Of a stretch of 64,000 nucleotides of DNA, positions 23,816 through 36,535 are shown piece after piece (position 1 is the stretch's first letter; each line of letters begins with the position of its first letter). Source of the stretch: Octopus bimaculoides (taxonomy: Eukaryota). A program made the translations under genes and the position numbers. Location of the stretch: assembly GCF_001194135.2 (NCBI RefSeq), contig NC_068983.1, forward strand, positions 129,649,468-129,713,467, written 5' to 3'. The notes beneath the pieces were generated by a model. The model was not told where the DNA came from. It worked only from the letters and a program-made list of their open reading frames with translations, and did no database searches.

Positions 23816-26800
23816 ACCTTCACAAATGAGTATAAATATTACACGTGAGGAAGTGAATAAGCTGCTGAATAAAGCACATAATTTAGTAACCATTGAAGCA
23901 TATGCACCGATACCGACTTTAAATAACACCCGCCCATGCACATAACTGCTTCTCACAAAATATTTAAAAATATTAAAAACTATTATTGATGAGAAAAAAA
24001 CTGACAGCTGTAATGCAGGACCGAAAACAGGCAGAAGTTAGTAATTATACACCTACTACATATTTAACAATTTTAAACAGGCTGTATCCCACTTCTACTG
24101 TATAGTATTCTGAAAGAAGAGTATCTGCTACACGCGGTGCATAAGGATTGCAAAAGGAACCGAAGATGAACTGCCGATGTGTTGTATATTCATAGCATTA
24201 TATAAGGTGAGATGAAACGCCGAACGAATCCACGTAAATTGCTTTTTAGCTAGACTATAAGACATCTTACCATAATATTCTGCACTGATAGTTGTAGAGT
24301 TAAGGAAAATATTAGATGCTTTTAATTTTTTTTTTTCTAAATTTTTCATTTTTTTTTTAGAAAAGGCAATAACGTGATGATTAGTAGAACATACAAAAAA
24401 TGTGACATTAGGTAACGTTAACGATCGCAGAAACCACTCTAGTCAATCACTGAATCTCCATTGCATTTCGCTTACATATCCCTTCGATAAATATACAGGA
24501 GAAAATCCAGGCCTGATTCCCAGATCTAGGGCGAGGATAATCCATTTGCTACGTATGGAAACCTCGAAATATATGCAAAGAAATTAAAAGAACATTATTC
24601 TCTTCTTCAAGCAATCAAATTCTTTAGCAAACATTTTGCTATGGTGTTAAAGGTATATATATTTGAGGAATAAATTTGAACGTATCTAAATGAGGAAATC
24701 GGATGACATAAAAATACCAAAATTTTGTTTTTTAACCGCTGAAAATTAATGACCCATACAAGTACATACATTTGTTATACAACGACAGGGTAACAGAAAG
24801 AGAAGAGAGAAAATCACTAAAGGAGTATATGCACCCAACAAAACAAAACAGAGGAAATGTATGAAAATCATGAATACTGGGATCATACCAGTTGCTCTTT
24901 TCCATTTCAAAACTGAGCGAAGAAAGAGCTCTAAGGATTAGATATAAGTTGGGAATGTACTCCCAATCTATATTTACCAACCTAAAAATAATATAAGTAC
25001 CAAGAAAGCGACTTGTAGAATGCAGAAACCATCACCATTGAAGCACCAGTATCTTGTTTTAAATTATAGCGAACGTAGTGAGTAAGGTATACTATCTACA
25101 ACTAGATATATCCAAAACGTTAATACAACAATAGAATGATTAACTTCCAGAAAGTAGACCAACAGAACAAATAGTTGGAAACAGATAGACTTACATGACA
25201 CTTTCATTTATAAAAACAGCGACGTATTTTGGAAGTAAAGGAAGTAAAGAATTACTTATTATGATAACTCATGTGTATATCAATAGAATGACTTTGATAT
25301 AGGGTTATATTGATAATCTTGAGAGTGTAAAGAGAAAAATCTGTGGAGAAAAGATTAAGGTATTAAGCTTATATAGTTAATACATTTAGATAGCAAAAAA
25401 AAAAAAAAGAAGTATAAGCATCAGCATGAAGCCTACCTTAGAATGTCAGCTAAGTCTGTCTTTTTTTTTTTTTAAGTGACAGTAAAAGTTATGAATATGA
25501 TCTAGATGCTCTGATAGTTCATAAAATTACAGTACTTATGAGATTTCTCTATTAATATTTTCCCTACTATTGAAGCAATTCAACTAAGCATGATTGCAGA
25601 GAAGAATCTCAATGAAACTGTTAGGTCAAAGATTAAAAAGAAAATCGCTGTCATTATAAAGTGTAAAGAACTTCAGAAATATGTCACTCTGTATTCTGGA
25701 TGAATCCTTAGAAAAGTGTTTTTCTTTTTTTCTTAATCTGAGGACACCATTTGTCACCAAACCTCAAAGCAACATCAGTGCTGGCTAGAGTAGTATATGA
25801 TAGAATTATTATACTACTGCAGCTGTTGCTGCTACAGCTATTGCTACTGCTCCTAATGTCGATGACGACGACGGCGATGATGATGATGATGATGATGATG
25901 GTGATGGAGTCCGTGGTGGTGGTGGTGATAGAGGTAGTGGAGTAGGCGGCGATGGTGGTGGTGATGGTAGTGGTGATGGTAGCGGTGGTGTTGCAATTAA
26001 CTTGTAACAAGGCGCCATTCATACATAAAATATCAGACAAATACATACAAAATTGACAACGATGACCAACACAAAATTAAGTGTTTCAAAGAACAGCATA
26101 TTGACGTTACACTTTGTATTATACATTTTCTCATATATTTTCAATACATAACACAATTAAAAGAATATATGCATACATATGTAATATATTACAACTTCAA
26201 GATCAAAATATGTTATGTCATGTGTTCATCATATTCAGGTCCCCTGAACTATAAGAATATCAGAACACGTAAGATTGTTCTCGTGTTTCGGTGAATGTTG
26301 CCAGTTTTATTTGTTACGTGTGTCTTCTTCTCAAGAACATTAACCGTGATGCATTTGCCACGCAATGTCAGAGATATATTGACTTTTTTTTTAAATCATG
26401 TGTCAGTTTAACGGCTGTTTTAAGAAATAACTTAAACTAATACTGGAAGTTGAAGTTGTTACATTAACAAGGCAGTTTGAGGTAGAGGAATTTCGAGTGT
26501 CTGAAAGTTCTCAGCTGGTTATAATTTCCTTGTCCATTAAATAGTCGTGAAAGTATCATTACTCCAACCGTTGCTCAAGCGTATGAACATTTTATTGCAG
26601 TTTATAAAGGGTTAGCTAAAAAGGTCAAGTTAAAGAGTCATTTTTGTTTGATATTTTGGCTTAAGGAGCCAACTCCTACTCAGCGTTTGGCTTTCTCCTT
26701 GGCATCAGCCATTCATTTCAAAGATAACATCCATTTCTCCATAAGACATTGTGGCCCTAGAAATGATTATGTGCCCCAACTTTTCCTTTGTGGTTACATC

Positions 26801-27679
26801 ATCAGAAACTAAGATAAAATATGATGTAGTGGATGTTAATTTAAGTGTAGACGATAATTTAAAGGGATTCATAGCTCGATATAGTGACGCAACAATGTTC
26901 TGTAACATGAATATGGGATATATCTGGAGTTATTGCCATGCACATTAACAATATTTCTTAAATAAATATATAAGCAATACGTTCCAAAGTAACTCTTAAA
27001 GTTGTAATATATATTGCAGTATATGACAAGAAATATCAAGGTATTTGAAAATAGATATATTATTTCATAAACCGCTCAGCAAATGATCGGGATTTTATTT
27101 GCAGGATCAGCATCATAGATGCTATGTTTATACAAATATTGTGAATTATGCCAAAGTACTAATGAAGGAAGTTACAACTTGAATAAATATATGTCTAGTT
27201 ATTGTATATGATGTGACAGAAAAGAATTAACAGGCCTCATACTTCTGAGATATATTAATCCTGGTTAGAATATGAAGAAAATATAAATCGCCAAAGCTAA
27301 AGTGATTAATCTGGATAGCAATATTTGAAGATAAAGCTTTAGTGTTATTTATTCTAATCATGTATTCGTGTAGCAAACATCTAATTATAACCTAGCATAA
27401 TGATTGTACTGATTAAACAGATTGTAATTATCGGAAATATATATCATTTATTAAATTGCAATGAACAGAGCAACTATCCACACACATATAAACACACACA
27501 TGCACAGACACACATACACACATATATATATATGTGTATAGATACATATACATAATATGTGTATATATACTTCTACATACACATATGTTAGCGAGTATGC
27601 GAAAGAGGAGGATAGACAGGGAGAGCATGTGAGTGAAAGAGGGGAAAGAGAGAGGGGGGAGAGAATGCGTGTGTATGTG

Positions 27680-27714
<35 letters not shown>

Positions 27715-29690
27715 TGGTTTTCCGCTCCATTAGCAGTCGGAGAGATTATATAGCTTCTGGTAATGACGCAAATTAAAGGGAAGTACTTAAGCACGACAAC
27801 AGTTTTCGCATATAAGGAAAGATGAGGAAATGTTTGCTTCATTCAGCTGATTTATTTCAGAGATATTCTACTGAATTCAATCTTAAAGTGTTCATGTCGT
27901 GAAGCCCCAAAGGGTGTCAACATTGTACAAATGTACTTACTATTTGAAAATGCCATATGGATTTAAAGCGTTTCGAAAGCTTAACGTTGACTGACAGTCT
28001 ACCATTTCGAATCATGAATAACCTCTGAATTATAAGATATTCCAAGACGCACTCAAACAAGTAAAACATCTCAGTAATGATTATTTCGCATGCATTTGAG
28101 TATTTCTGAACATATTTCATAAAGTCCAAGAATAACATATCTGCACTCCACATAGCACAAATCAGGATGAGCTTTCTCTTCTAAATTAAAACAAAAATAT
28201 GTGTATCATGCGGATTTCTTGATCGAATATATAAACACCGGAATCAAGCAGAAATATAAAAAAAATTTCCATAGCCTGTTTTTACTATTATGCACACCAG
28301 GAAATATTCAATATTTGATGATATCATCAATTTTTTCACCTATATTACTGCCTTTAATAAGGACGATGATACAGATCTTGGACACTACAAAACCTATCGA
28401 ATTCAACACTTGCTGGAATAAATGCTTAAGAGAATCCTGCCTGAGTAAATTATCGGTGAAAAATCTACAGTAATCCATGTGTGAGCAACTTAATCGCTTG
28501 CATATTGTACATTTAAATATGTTAAATGAGACATGGGTATTCTTTGGAAAAATGTTTGCCAAACATTGCTGTCCACAACTGTTGCTCTAATCAAGTGCTT
28601 TTTGAAGGTGAAATTGAATGATAAAGCGTTGTTCCTTCATCCATATGAGTTCGAGTTCGAATAAATCAAGGATAGTGAATAATTCTTTTTGGTTTCTTTA
28701 TCAGTTACTCCTCTATACAATATGGACACCCTTCCCTCTAGAGACTAGATATGACAACTCATCGACAGCAATGTATTCAACGCTGGCTTAATCGTACAAG
28801 TTGAAATCTGACAGTTACTTCTGTGCAAAATTAGACTTGATGAGTCTAATTATAGCACGTATTAATATAACTCGTCATTAAAATACTTACTATGAAATAT
28901 GAACCTCAATGAGCTGTTCTTTTTGAAGACATGCTTGAATATTTTCATCACTGCACCTGGACGAAAGATGTATTACGCTACGAAGAGGAACAATAGCAGT
29001 TGTTCGCAGAGAGGACAAATGAAATGATTCAAAATGTACATAAAATTAATTTAAAGGTATACACGTGACACTTTTCTGTAACAGGAGCTGTCGATCCTGT
29101 ATCAGTATATATAGTCACTTGCAATCATAGAGGTTCTATAGTTTTCAATCTAGACGTGTATGTATTTAGTACAGGATTGTTTCTCAATACAAGTGCATGC
29201 TATACGTTGTGTTTCAAAAACGTATTCACCTTTCGAGTGAACATTTATATATGACCTCTAAGGATGAGAACAGTTCCTTATATTTTTATATATTCATCTT
29301 TCATTATGCATCTGCAAAAAATATCACGGATGCAAGAAGACAAGTTGCTATTAGTTATTTCAATCATTGGATGTGAATGTTTTATATTTTACGTTACTGT
29401 CTGCAGGAAATGAAATCCCCATTAAAATGTGCATAGTGGTGTAGAAACTACATATACTACAATGTTCATTTTCGACAAGGTAAAACACTTCTTTTTTCTT
29501 TATTTTTTTATTCAGATCTATTGTACATTTGCCCCGAGTATCCAATTAAACATACAGAGTAGTTCAAAATTCATATTATTTCTCCTATCGATTCATTGTA
29601 TTACTAATATGAAGTTACTCCAGTATATATCCAAAATAGATTTCTTTGTGTTTTGCAGCATTTAATTTTCCATTTATAACTTCTTTTATT

Positions 29691-29754
29691 CAGAAGAAGA
29701 AAAAGAAGAAGAAGAAGAGGAGGAGGAGAAGACGAAAAAGAAGAAGGAGAAGAA

Positions 29755-29785
<31 letters not shown>

Positions 29786-30070
29786 AAGAAGAAGAAGAAG
29801 AAGAAGAAGAGCGAGAAGAAGAAGAAGCAGAGCGAGAAGAAGAAGAAGAAGAAGAAGAAGAAGAAGAGGGAGAAGAAGAAGAAGAAGAAGAAGAAGAAGA
29901 AGAAGAAGGCGGAGAAGAAGAAGAAGAAGAAGAAGAAGAAGAGGGAGAAGAAGAAGAAGAAGAAGAAGAAGAAGAAGAAGAAGAAGAAGCAGAGCGAGAA
30001 GAAGAAGAAAAAAAGAAGAAGAAGAAGAAGAAGAAGAAGAAGAAGAAGAAGAAGAAGAAGAAGAAGAAGA
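29691..30070. repeat. (GAA)n homopurine tract
   Basis: About 380 nt, almost entirely G/A on the + strand. Confidence 0.97.
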
Positions 30071-31255
30071 ATTGAGAGAAGATGATAATGAAAATAATAA
30101 TTTTAATAATAATATTAGTGATCCCATTTTTTAGTGGGATAGGCTACATGACTAGAAAGAAATCTAACTTAGTCACACCTGCAAGGGCATGGAACGTTTA
30201 TCTTGATATTCAATCACCATGTCGCGCACATATGAATGTGGTGCATGTACTAGTGTACAATTATGAGACTGGGATTCAAGATGGTTATGCTGAGTTTCGT
30301 ATATGTTCATCCTTGTCACTTCGAAGGAAATCTCTGCGCCAGACAGAAAAGAGAAAGGGGAGCTCAAAAGCGAACAGAAATACAGGGTGCTGAAAAGGAA
30401 GCGTACTATTGAAAGAAAGGACCTGGAAGTAGTAGTGGAGGAACTGAAACAGTCCCACGTGGCATAGAAAGCAAAGATTGTAAGATAGGACCAAAGAATG
30501 AAGGTTACAACCAGAATAGTTTATTCAGAGTAGATCAGAAGCGAGTCTATAGAAAAAATTCATGGAGAGTGTACAGATGAAAAGTCGATACCAGATAACA
30601 TTGAAAGTCAAAGGTTTCGAATGACATCTAGAGCAAAGAAACGGAGGACAAAGAGGATGCTTAATGGTTGCAGGAACAGAAACAAACTGTAGTCTGTCCA
30701 AAAGAGGCAGAACTAGTCATTTCAGTGAAGGAAGTGAAGGGAATCAGCAAAAAAATGAGCTTCTGGAGGACCCCGGGACCAGATGGAATTCAAGGCTACG
30801 GGATCAGCAGATTTGGTGAATGTCATGCACGAATAGTTGCGCAACTCAACACCTTGTTAAATGCCGACCAAGTAATACCAGATAGGTTGCCACTGGGAAG
30901 GACAGTGATGTGCCTGAAAAACACCGTAAAAGCCAATAAGTTAGACAATTACAGGCCGATATCCTGTTTGCCATTTATGTGGAAGTTATTGACTGGAATA
31001 GTCGCAGAGTCAATATACAAACATCTGGAAAAAAATGAAGTCCTACCACATGAGCAGAAGCGTTGCAAGGGAAGACTAGATGTACCAATGATCAAGTCTT
31101 GATAGACAGAACTGTACTGAGAGACTGCAAGAGGAAAAAGTAACTTAGCCATGTTATGGATGGGCTAAATTAAGGCATACGATATGATCCCATAGACAGA
31201 ATATCACCAATCTACAACATAACGTTAATTGTTACTGTGCGACGTTTTCAATAGG
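30071..31255 (+). mobile_element. Duplicated unit 1: dispersed repeat fused to an R4/Dong-type ORF/RT remnant (internally deleted)
   Basis: ORF 30668-31102 reads ..[63 protein letters not shown]. At ~30320 it jumps to sequence equal to ~32931 of unit 2. Confidence 0.92.
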
Positions 31256-31391
31256 AGAAGAAAAAAAAGAAAAGCAGAAGATGAGGAGGAGAAGAAGAAG
31301 AAGAAGAAGAAGAAGAAGAAAGAAGAAGAAGAAGAAGAAGAAGAAGAAGAAGAAGAAGAAGAAAGAATAATAATAATAATAATAATAATAA

Positions 31392-31422
<31 letters not shown>

Positions 31423-31529
31423 AAGAAGAATAAGGAGAAGAAGAAAAAGAAGAAGAAGAAGAAGAAGAAGAAGAAGAAGAAGAAGAAGAAGAAGAAGAAG
31501 AAGAAGAAGAAGAAGAAGAAGAAGAAGAA
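31255..31529. repeat. (GAA)n tract with an internal (AAT)n block
   Basis: Directly visible between the two duplicated units. Confidence 0.97.
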
Positions 31530-31933
31530 TTGAGAGAAGATGCCAATGAAAATAATAATTCTAATAATGATATTAAAGATCGAATTTTTGAATGGGATAG
31601 GCTACTTGGCCACAAAAAAAAAAAAATTCACTTCACCCCACATGCAAGGTCATGTAATGTTTATCTGGATATTCAATCACCATATCGCGGACAAATGAGT
31701 GTGGCGCTTGTGCTAACTTACACTTATCAGACTGCGAGTCCAGATAGATATGCTGGGTTTCGTATTTTTTTATCCGTGTCAATACGATAGCATGCATTGC
31801 TCTCTCATTCCTAATAATGATAATTCTAATAATAATAATAATTTATCATTATTAGTAATATTATTATTATTATTATCTGTATCATTATTATTATCATTAT
31901 TACCATTATTATCATTATTATTAATATTATTAC

Positions 31934-31995
<62 letters not shown>

Positions 31996-33838
31996 TTAGC
32001 AATAAGTGGCAAGGGGAAAAATAATAATAACAATTAGTGATGGTGTCAAAATAAAAAAAACACTGGTAATTGCGCAACCTGACAATCGCTACCTCATATG
32101 AATTTCAATAAAAAAAAACAAAATATTGTGAATAACGGTGATAATGAAACTGAAGCCAATGATAGTGGCAGTGTTACACCCGATATGCTCAGAGTGACTT
32201 GGTCGGGCTCCAGCCTGTTGATATCCAGAAAGGGATCACCACACACGGCGTAGATGGAGCAAGCAAATTAATACTGTGTTTATGGATTGTTACTACCTGA
32301 GGAGATGGGAGATGAAAATGGTGCTCAAATTAGTGGTTACTAAAAACGTATGTTTGATCATTCGTGGGAAAAGGGATTGTTTCAACTCAGGGAACAGAGA
32401 CTATGAGATCAAGATAGAGCAATCAGGAATAATTGTTGCTTTACAGAAGTAGAGCTCGAAGCTATCAAAAGAAGGGTCATGGAAAATAGCAGCAGAGATA
32501 ACAATGGAAATACAGTTCTTACTAATAAGAGTAATCCCATAGCACAGGAAAGGAGCAGTGGTAGTTTACTTGATGAGAGATGTATAGATGATCTAAGAGA
32601 AGACGATACAAGTAATGGTGACATGACAGATAAACAAAAGGCAATCTACGTCAGAATAAAATCAAGACTACAGGAGAAAGATAACGACATTATTTGCAAA
32701 CGTAAAAAGGTTGATCTAATGCAATTGAACCAAGAAACGAAAAAGGACAATGAAATTCTGAAATACATCAAAACAAACAACATCACAGAAACAAACAATT
32801 TGATCAAAGAAACAAGTATTGTTGTATCAGAAAACGTGAGTGTTAATGTCTAGAAAAAGAACATAATGGTAACGAGAAAAGAAAAGATCCATGGTGGAAA
32901 AGAAGAATCCAGGCATGGTTAGACATGCTCTGGAAGGGAATCTCTGCGTCAGACCGAAAAGAGAAAGGGGAGCTCAAAAGGGAACAAAAATACAGGTCGC
33001 TGAAAAGGAAGAGTACTATTGAAAGAAATGACCTGAAAGTAGTAGTGGAGGAACCGAAACAGCCCCACGTGACACAGAAAGCAAAGATGGTGTGATAAGA
33101 CCAAAGAATGAAGGATTACCACCAGAATAGGTTATTCAGAGTAGATCAGAAGAGATTCTATAAAAAATAAATGGAGAGCGTACAGATGAAAAGTTGATAC
33201 CATATTACATTGAAAGTCAAATGTTTGGTATGACATCTAGAGCAATGAAAAGGAGCAAAAAAAGGATGCTGAATGGTTGCAGGAACTGAAACAAACAGGC
33301 AGAACTAGTCATTTCAGTTAAGGAAGTGAAAGAAATCAGCCAAAAAATGAGTGACTGGAGGACGCCGGTAAGAGATGGAATTCAAAGCTACAGGATGAAC
33401 AGCTTTGGTAAACGTCATGCACGACTCAACACCTTGTTAAATGCCAACCAAGTAATACCAGAGAGGTTGCAACTGGGTAGGACAGTGATGTGCCTGAAAA
33501 TACACCGTAAAAAGCAATAAGGTAGACAAATACAGGCCGATATCCTGTTTGCCATTTATGTGGAAGTTATTGACTGGAATAGTCGCAGAGTCAATGTACA
33601 AACATCTGGAAAAAAATGAAATCCAACCACATGAGCAGAAGGGTTGCAAGCGGAAGAGCAGATGTACCAATGATCATGTCTTGATAGACAAAACTGTACT
33701 GAGAGACTGCAAGGGGAAGAAAAGTAACTTAGTCATGTTATGGATGGGCTAAATTAAGGCATACGATATGATCCCATAGACAGAATATTACCAATCTACA
33801 ACATCACGTTAATTGTTACTGTGCGACGTTTTCAATAG
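31530..33838 (+). mobile_element. Duplicated unit 2: dispersed repeat, (AAT)n/(TAG)n, then R4/Dong-type ORF from N-terminus to mid-RT
   Basis: RRRWSKQINTVFMDCYYL..KRMFDH..EQRL..DQ.RAIRNN..EVELEAIKRR (32250-32480), DPWWKRRIQ (~32886) and [46 protein letters not shown]....KAYDMIP. Confidence 0.92.
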
Positions 33839-33839
33839 G

Positions 33840-34022
33840 AAACGGAAAAACAGAAGAACAGGAGGGGGAGGAGGAAGAGGAGGAGGAGGAGAAGAAGAAG
33901 ACGAAGAAGAAGAAGAAGAAGAAGAAAAAGAAGAAGAAGAAGAAGAAGAAGAAGAAGAAGAAGAAGAAGAAGAAGAAGAAGAAGAAGAAGAAGAAGAAGA
34001 AGAAGAAGACGAAAAAGAAGAA
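33840..34022. repeat. (GAA)n/(GGA)n tract
   Basis: Directly visible after unit 2. Confidence 0.97.
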
Positions 34023-34212
34023 TTAATAAAAAAAGGAAAATTAATAGAAGAATGTGTCTGTCTATTTTTTAACACTGACGTCAGTGAGAAAATCAAATGA
34101 AAGAGTGAATAAGTTTGCATTTATATGGATAGGCATTTACGGAGAATGCGTGAAGTAATTTGTTTTGCATATGTATTTGCTCCTTATAATATTAATTCAA
34201 TGAGTGCAATAA

Positions 34213-35330
34213 TACTGGCGAACACATTTTGTGCCACAAGGTTTATCAATGTTCGTTAGCTAATTCTAAGTTGCTGAATCCAAATATGGCATCAGATTTT
34301 GTCTATCACATAACATTTTTGAGATATCAAATCTTTCATTTTGCTATAAACTGCTATTTAATGCTCATAAAGAAATAATTAAACATACGTAGATCTAATA
34401 TTTAATAGACGGTATGTATCGTTTTTATTTCTAATAAATCAATGCAGAAAATTCTCGGAGTATATACACATTACCATGTAAGAAATAATCTTGGTTATAA
34501 TAAAAGACGAATAGAAAATTTCTATTGATTGTTGTCAATTATTGTGATCATATTACTGGAAGGAATTCCTCGATTTTGACGGTCATATGTGCCCGGCTTC
34601 TGGAATATCTGTCATCAAGCTCCTGCAGTAATCTCCCATCATGTTTACGTCCCATCGGCCTTGCTAGCGTCTTCCATTATTTGTACATCTTAAGGAATGT
34701 GTTCATCTCTTTGTTAACATCACCCAGGTTATCTGGAAACTCACACAAGTGATTGTGTAAGTAGTTCAATTTGACGTTCATTCTACATCCAAGCAAAATC
34801 AAGAGCAGCTCTTGCACAGACTATTAATAGTTTTCCGCTTCCCCTTTCCCAAGGGAAGTCCGCACTACATAATAGAAAGCATTCTAAATTCTAGCTTCCG
34901 CCGCACTGATTTTTTAACAATATTTGGATCGCTGAGGAGTGTTCTTATTTGAGGTCCCTCAAATATTCCTGCTGGTTGGTCACTGAGACGTGGAGATGTT
35001 ACTCATATATATCTGAAGCTGTCCCCACTGTGATCAAGAGCGTTGAGGAATTGTTTAATAACAGTAAGTTTCAAACACAGTTGGTGTCCCGGTTTCCAAC
35101 TATAACTTTAAACTAAGCAAGATACACCTTGATAAATCTATTAATATCGCGCCATTGAGCTAGTGGCACAGACGTAGAAAAAAATATCGGTATCATTTCA
35201 GCACATCCATCTTTTTTGATGTTGTATCCATAACTAGATCACAGCATTTCAGTTCACATCTGAAAAGAAGAAGAACGTCTTTAAAGCGAATCTCAGTTTC
35301 AACATCTTCAAAATTTGTATGACGATTCAA
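34213..35330 (-). mobile_element. Chapaev3-type (CMC superfamily) DNA transposon remnant: transposase C-terminal half plus 3' terminus
   Basis: Minus-strand fragments KQFLNALD..AGIFEGPQIRTLL..FLGK..LGCRMNVKLNYLHNHLCEFPDNLGDV..QGRWDVNMMGDYCRSLMTDIP match my recollection of Chapaev3 transposases. Terminus ..aaaatgtgttcgccagta at 34213. Confidence 0.85.
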
Positions 35331-35479
35331 CGAAAAGTCTCGCAAATTATGGGATATAAGGCTTAAATGTTGGTAAGCTCCTGGTAAATAAAGGTATATA
35401 ACGACGGCACAAAAACGTAATTTGATAGAACAAATCTGAGGTTAGTGTTAGAATCAGCACTCAAAAATTAGTCTAAAAT

Positions 35480-36400
35480 AGTTGAATGATTTATGCCAGA
35501 AAATAAAGTTTTCTGTTGTTGACCAGTAAAATACGTTGTTGTTTTGAAATGCTATCTTCTTCGGATTTCAGTCCCTAGGTACTTATGCTAGCCCCTTTTT
35601 TTTTTTCAAATATTTTCAGAGAATAGGTTTTTGACGGATGGGGTTGCAACATCAATCCGAAAACAATTCTTTTCAGTATGACGTTCACCATAAGCTGAGA
35701 TTGTTTTGCTTCTATTTCACGTCCAGCCTAAACACTGAAATAGCAAAGGATTGTGACGTCACCATGTGAATGCAAGTTTTGGTGGCTTGTATTTCCATGT
35801 TTTTTTTTGTGAGGGAGAGTTATGAGCGGCATATTAACCAGTGTATGTAGTGAGCCGCCTTGTCATGTCTGTGTAAGTATTCAATTGGTACCAGCCTGCT
35901 GCATTTAAACATTATGTATTTGGTTTCTCTGGATGCTCCCTGCATAATGAATCAGCTGCTTTCATATTTCAGGCCACTAATCTGGACATTTGTAGTGGGA
36001 AGGAACTAATCGTGTAAAGAAATGAAGCACACCTCAGGATTTGTTTTTAGACTAGGGTTTGACAGTAACTGAAGAGTAAGGGTTCGATCTACAGCATTGC
36101 GCGTGGCGTTACTCACCTATTTTGATGCCATTTTTCTTTGTATATGGAAAATTATTATTATTTTGTTTTTACTATGGTTTCTATTTATTTTGCCTTGTCG
36201 ATTGTGAGCACATTTTCTTCGGGTACTGGTTCAACTAGTTGCATTTCTTGGGGGTATATTATTGCGCTTTTCGTAAATGAATGCAAATTTATGACATCTT
36301 CATATTTCAGATGCATCTTTAAAATCCTGACAGTTGTTTGTTGCAGGGAAGCGGAAAGTCCCTTGGTTGCAATTTTCAATGAAATTTTAGATTTATTATT
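35480..36400 (-). mobile_element. R4/Dong-type C-terminal remnant: CCHC knuckle plus restriction-like endonuclease
   Basis: Minus strand C..LVPIEYLHRHDKAAHYIHWLICRS, YKPPK, CFRIDVATPS and L.TEIRRR, across frameshifts. Confidence 0.8.
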
Positions 36401-36424
36401 GTAAATGATATCATTATTGTTATG

Positions 36425-36476
36425 GGTGATGTTACTGTTGTTGTTGTTGTTGTTGTTGTTGCTGTTGTTGTTGTTA

Positions 36477-36520
<44 letters not shown>

Positions 36521-36535
36521 TTTGTTGTTGTTGCA
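36425..36535. repeat. Compound (TTG)n/(ATT)n microsatellite
   Basis: Directly visible. Confidence 0.95.

Noticed and set aside
29646-31615. Poly-Arg, poly-Glu, poly-Ser and poly-Leu ORFs
   Set aside because: Translations of (GAA)n tracts; no non-repetitive coding support.
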